Shown here: piece after piece, positions 63,886 through 64,000 of the stretch | How the letters are laid out: every line of letters starts with the position of its first letter | Numbering within the stretch: the first letter of the stretch is position 1 | Assembly (NCBI GenBank): GCA_947259975.1 | Contig: CAMYOD010000037.1 | Location: 9,522 to 73,521, forward strand | Source: an uncultured Gammaproteobacteria bacterium | GTDB lineage: Bacteria > Pseudomonadota > Gammaproteobacteria > HyVt-429 | Length of the DNA stretch: 64,000 nt | Direction: 5' to 3' | Notes under the pieces: generated by a model | Database searches by the model: none | Told to the model about the DNA's origin: nothing | Seen by the model: the letters and a program-made list of their open reading frames with translations, nothing else | Translations under genes and position numbers: made by a program

Positions 63886-64000
63886 ATGCGCCATATTATT
63901 TCCATTCTCCTCGAGAATGAGGCCGGTGCCTTATCGCGCGTTGCGGGACTGTTTTCCGCGCGTGGCTATAACATTGAGTCGCTCACGGTGGCACCGACCG
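63886..64000 (+). CDS. ilvH: acetolactate synthase small subunit (5' fragment; continues beyond the window)
   Basis: [38 protein letters not shown] is the canonical IlvH ACT-domain N-terminus. The sequence is truncated by the window end. Confidence 0.8.
   Translation, partial: MRHIISILLENEAGALSRVAGLFSARGYNIESLTVAPT

Overview
This 64 kb window is high-GC (about 60-63% by eye) chromosomal DNA that looks gammaproteobacterial. It is densely packed with housekeeping genes whose order closely mirrors Pseudomonas: bamE/omlA<>fur, recN, grpE-dnaK-dnaJ, then leuCDB-asd-fimV-truA-trpFBA-accD-folC-SPOR(dedD-like)-cvpA-purF-metZ, and further on lpxH, gltX, cysS, ilvIH. Unlike Pseudomonas, the chaperone operon here is nadK-hrcA-grpE-dnaK-dnaJ with a recognisable CIRCE operator. 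A complete rnfABCDGE-nth block is also present. Several accessory or unusual loci are embedded in this backbone. (1) A minus-strand cluster encodes a DUF2282 precursor-like protein, a DUF692 (MbnB/HvfB/TglH-like) enzyme, a DUF2063 (MbnC/HvfC/TglI-like) partner and a DoxX membrane protein; a CxxxCxxC radical-SAM/Cys-rich protein follows on the same strand. This is a peptide-modification (RiPP-like) system whose rSAM linkage may be undescribed. (2) An Rpf/DSF-type cell-cell signalling locus contains REC-HD-GYP (RpfG-like), a membrane hybrid histidine kinase (RpfC-like) and a convergent crotonase-family RpfF-like synthase, plus a second RpfC paralogue whose H-box histidine is replaced. (3) A lower-GC gene for a membrane-anchored protein of unknown function is bounded by arrays of a 7-bp repeat, including a perfect (CCCTCGT)x8 tract. 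(4) A ~180 bp nested palindromic element sits on the start of a lipoprotein gene. (5) A putative leader/attenuator precedes ilvI. No rRNA, tRNA, CRISPR array, transposase or integrase gene was recognised. All gene calls rest on reading the translated ORFs for family-level motifs; no database search was possible.
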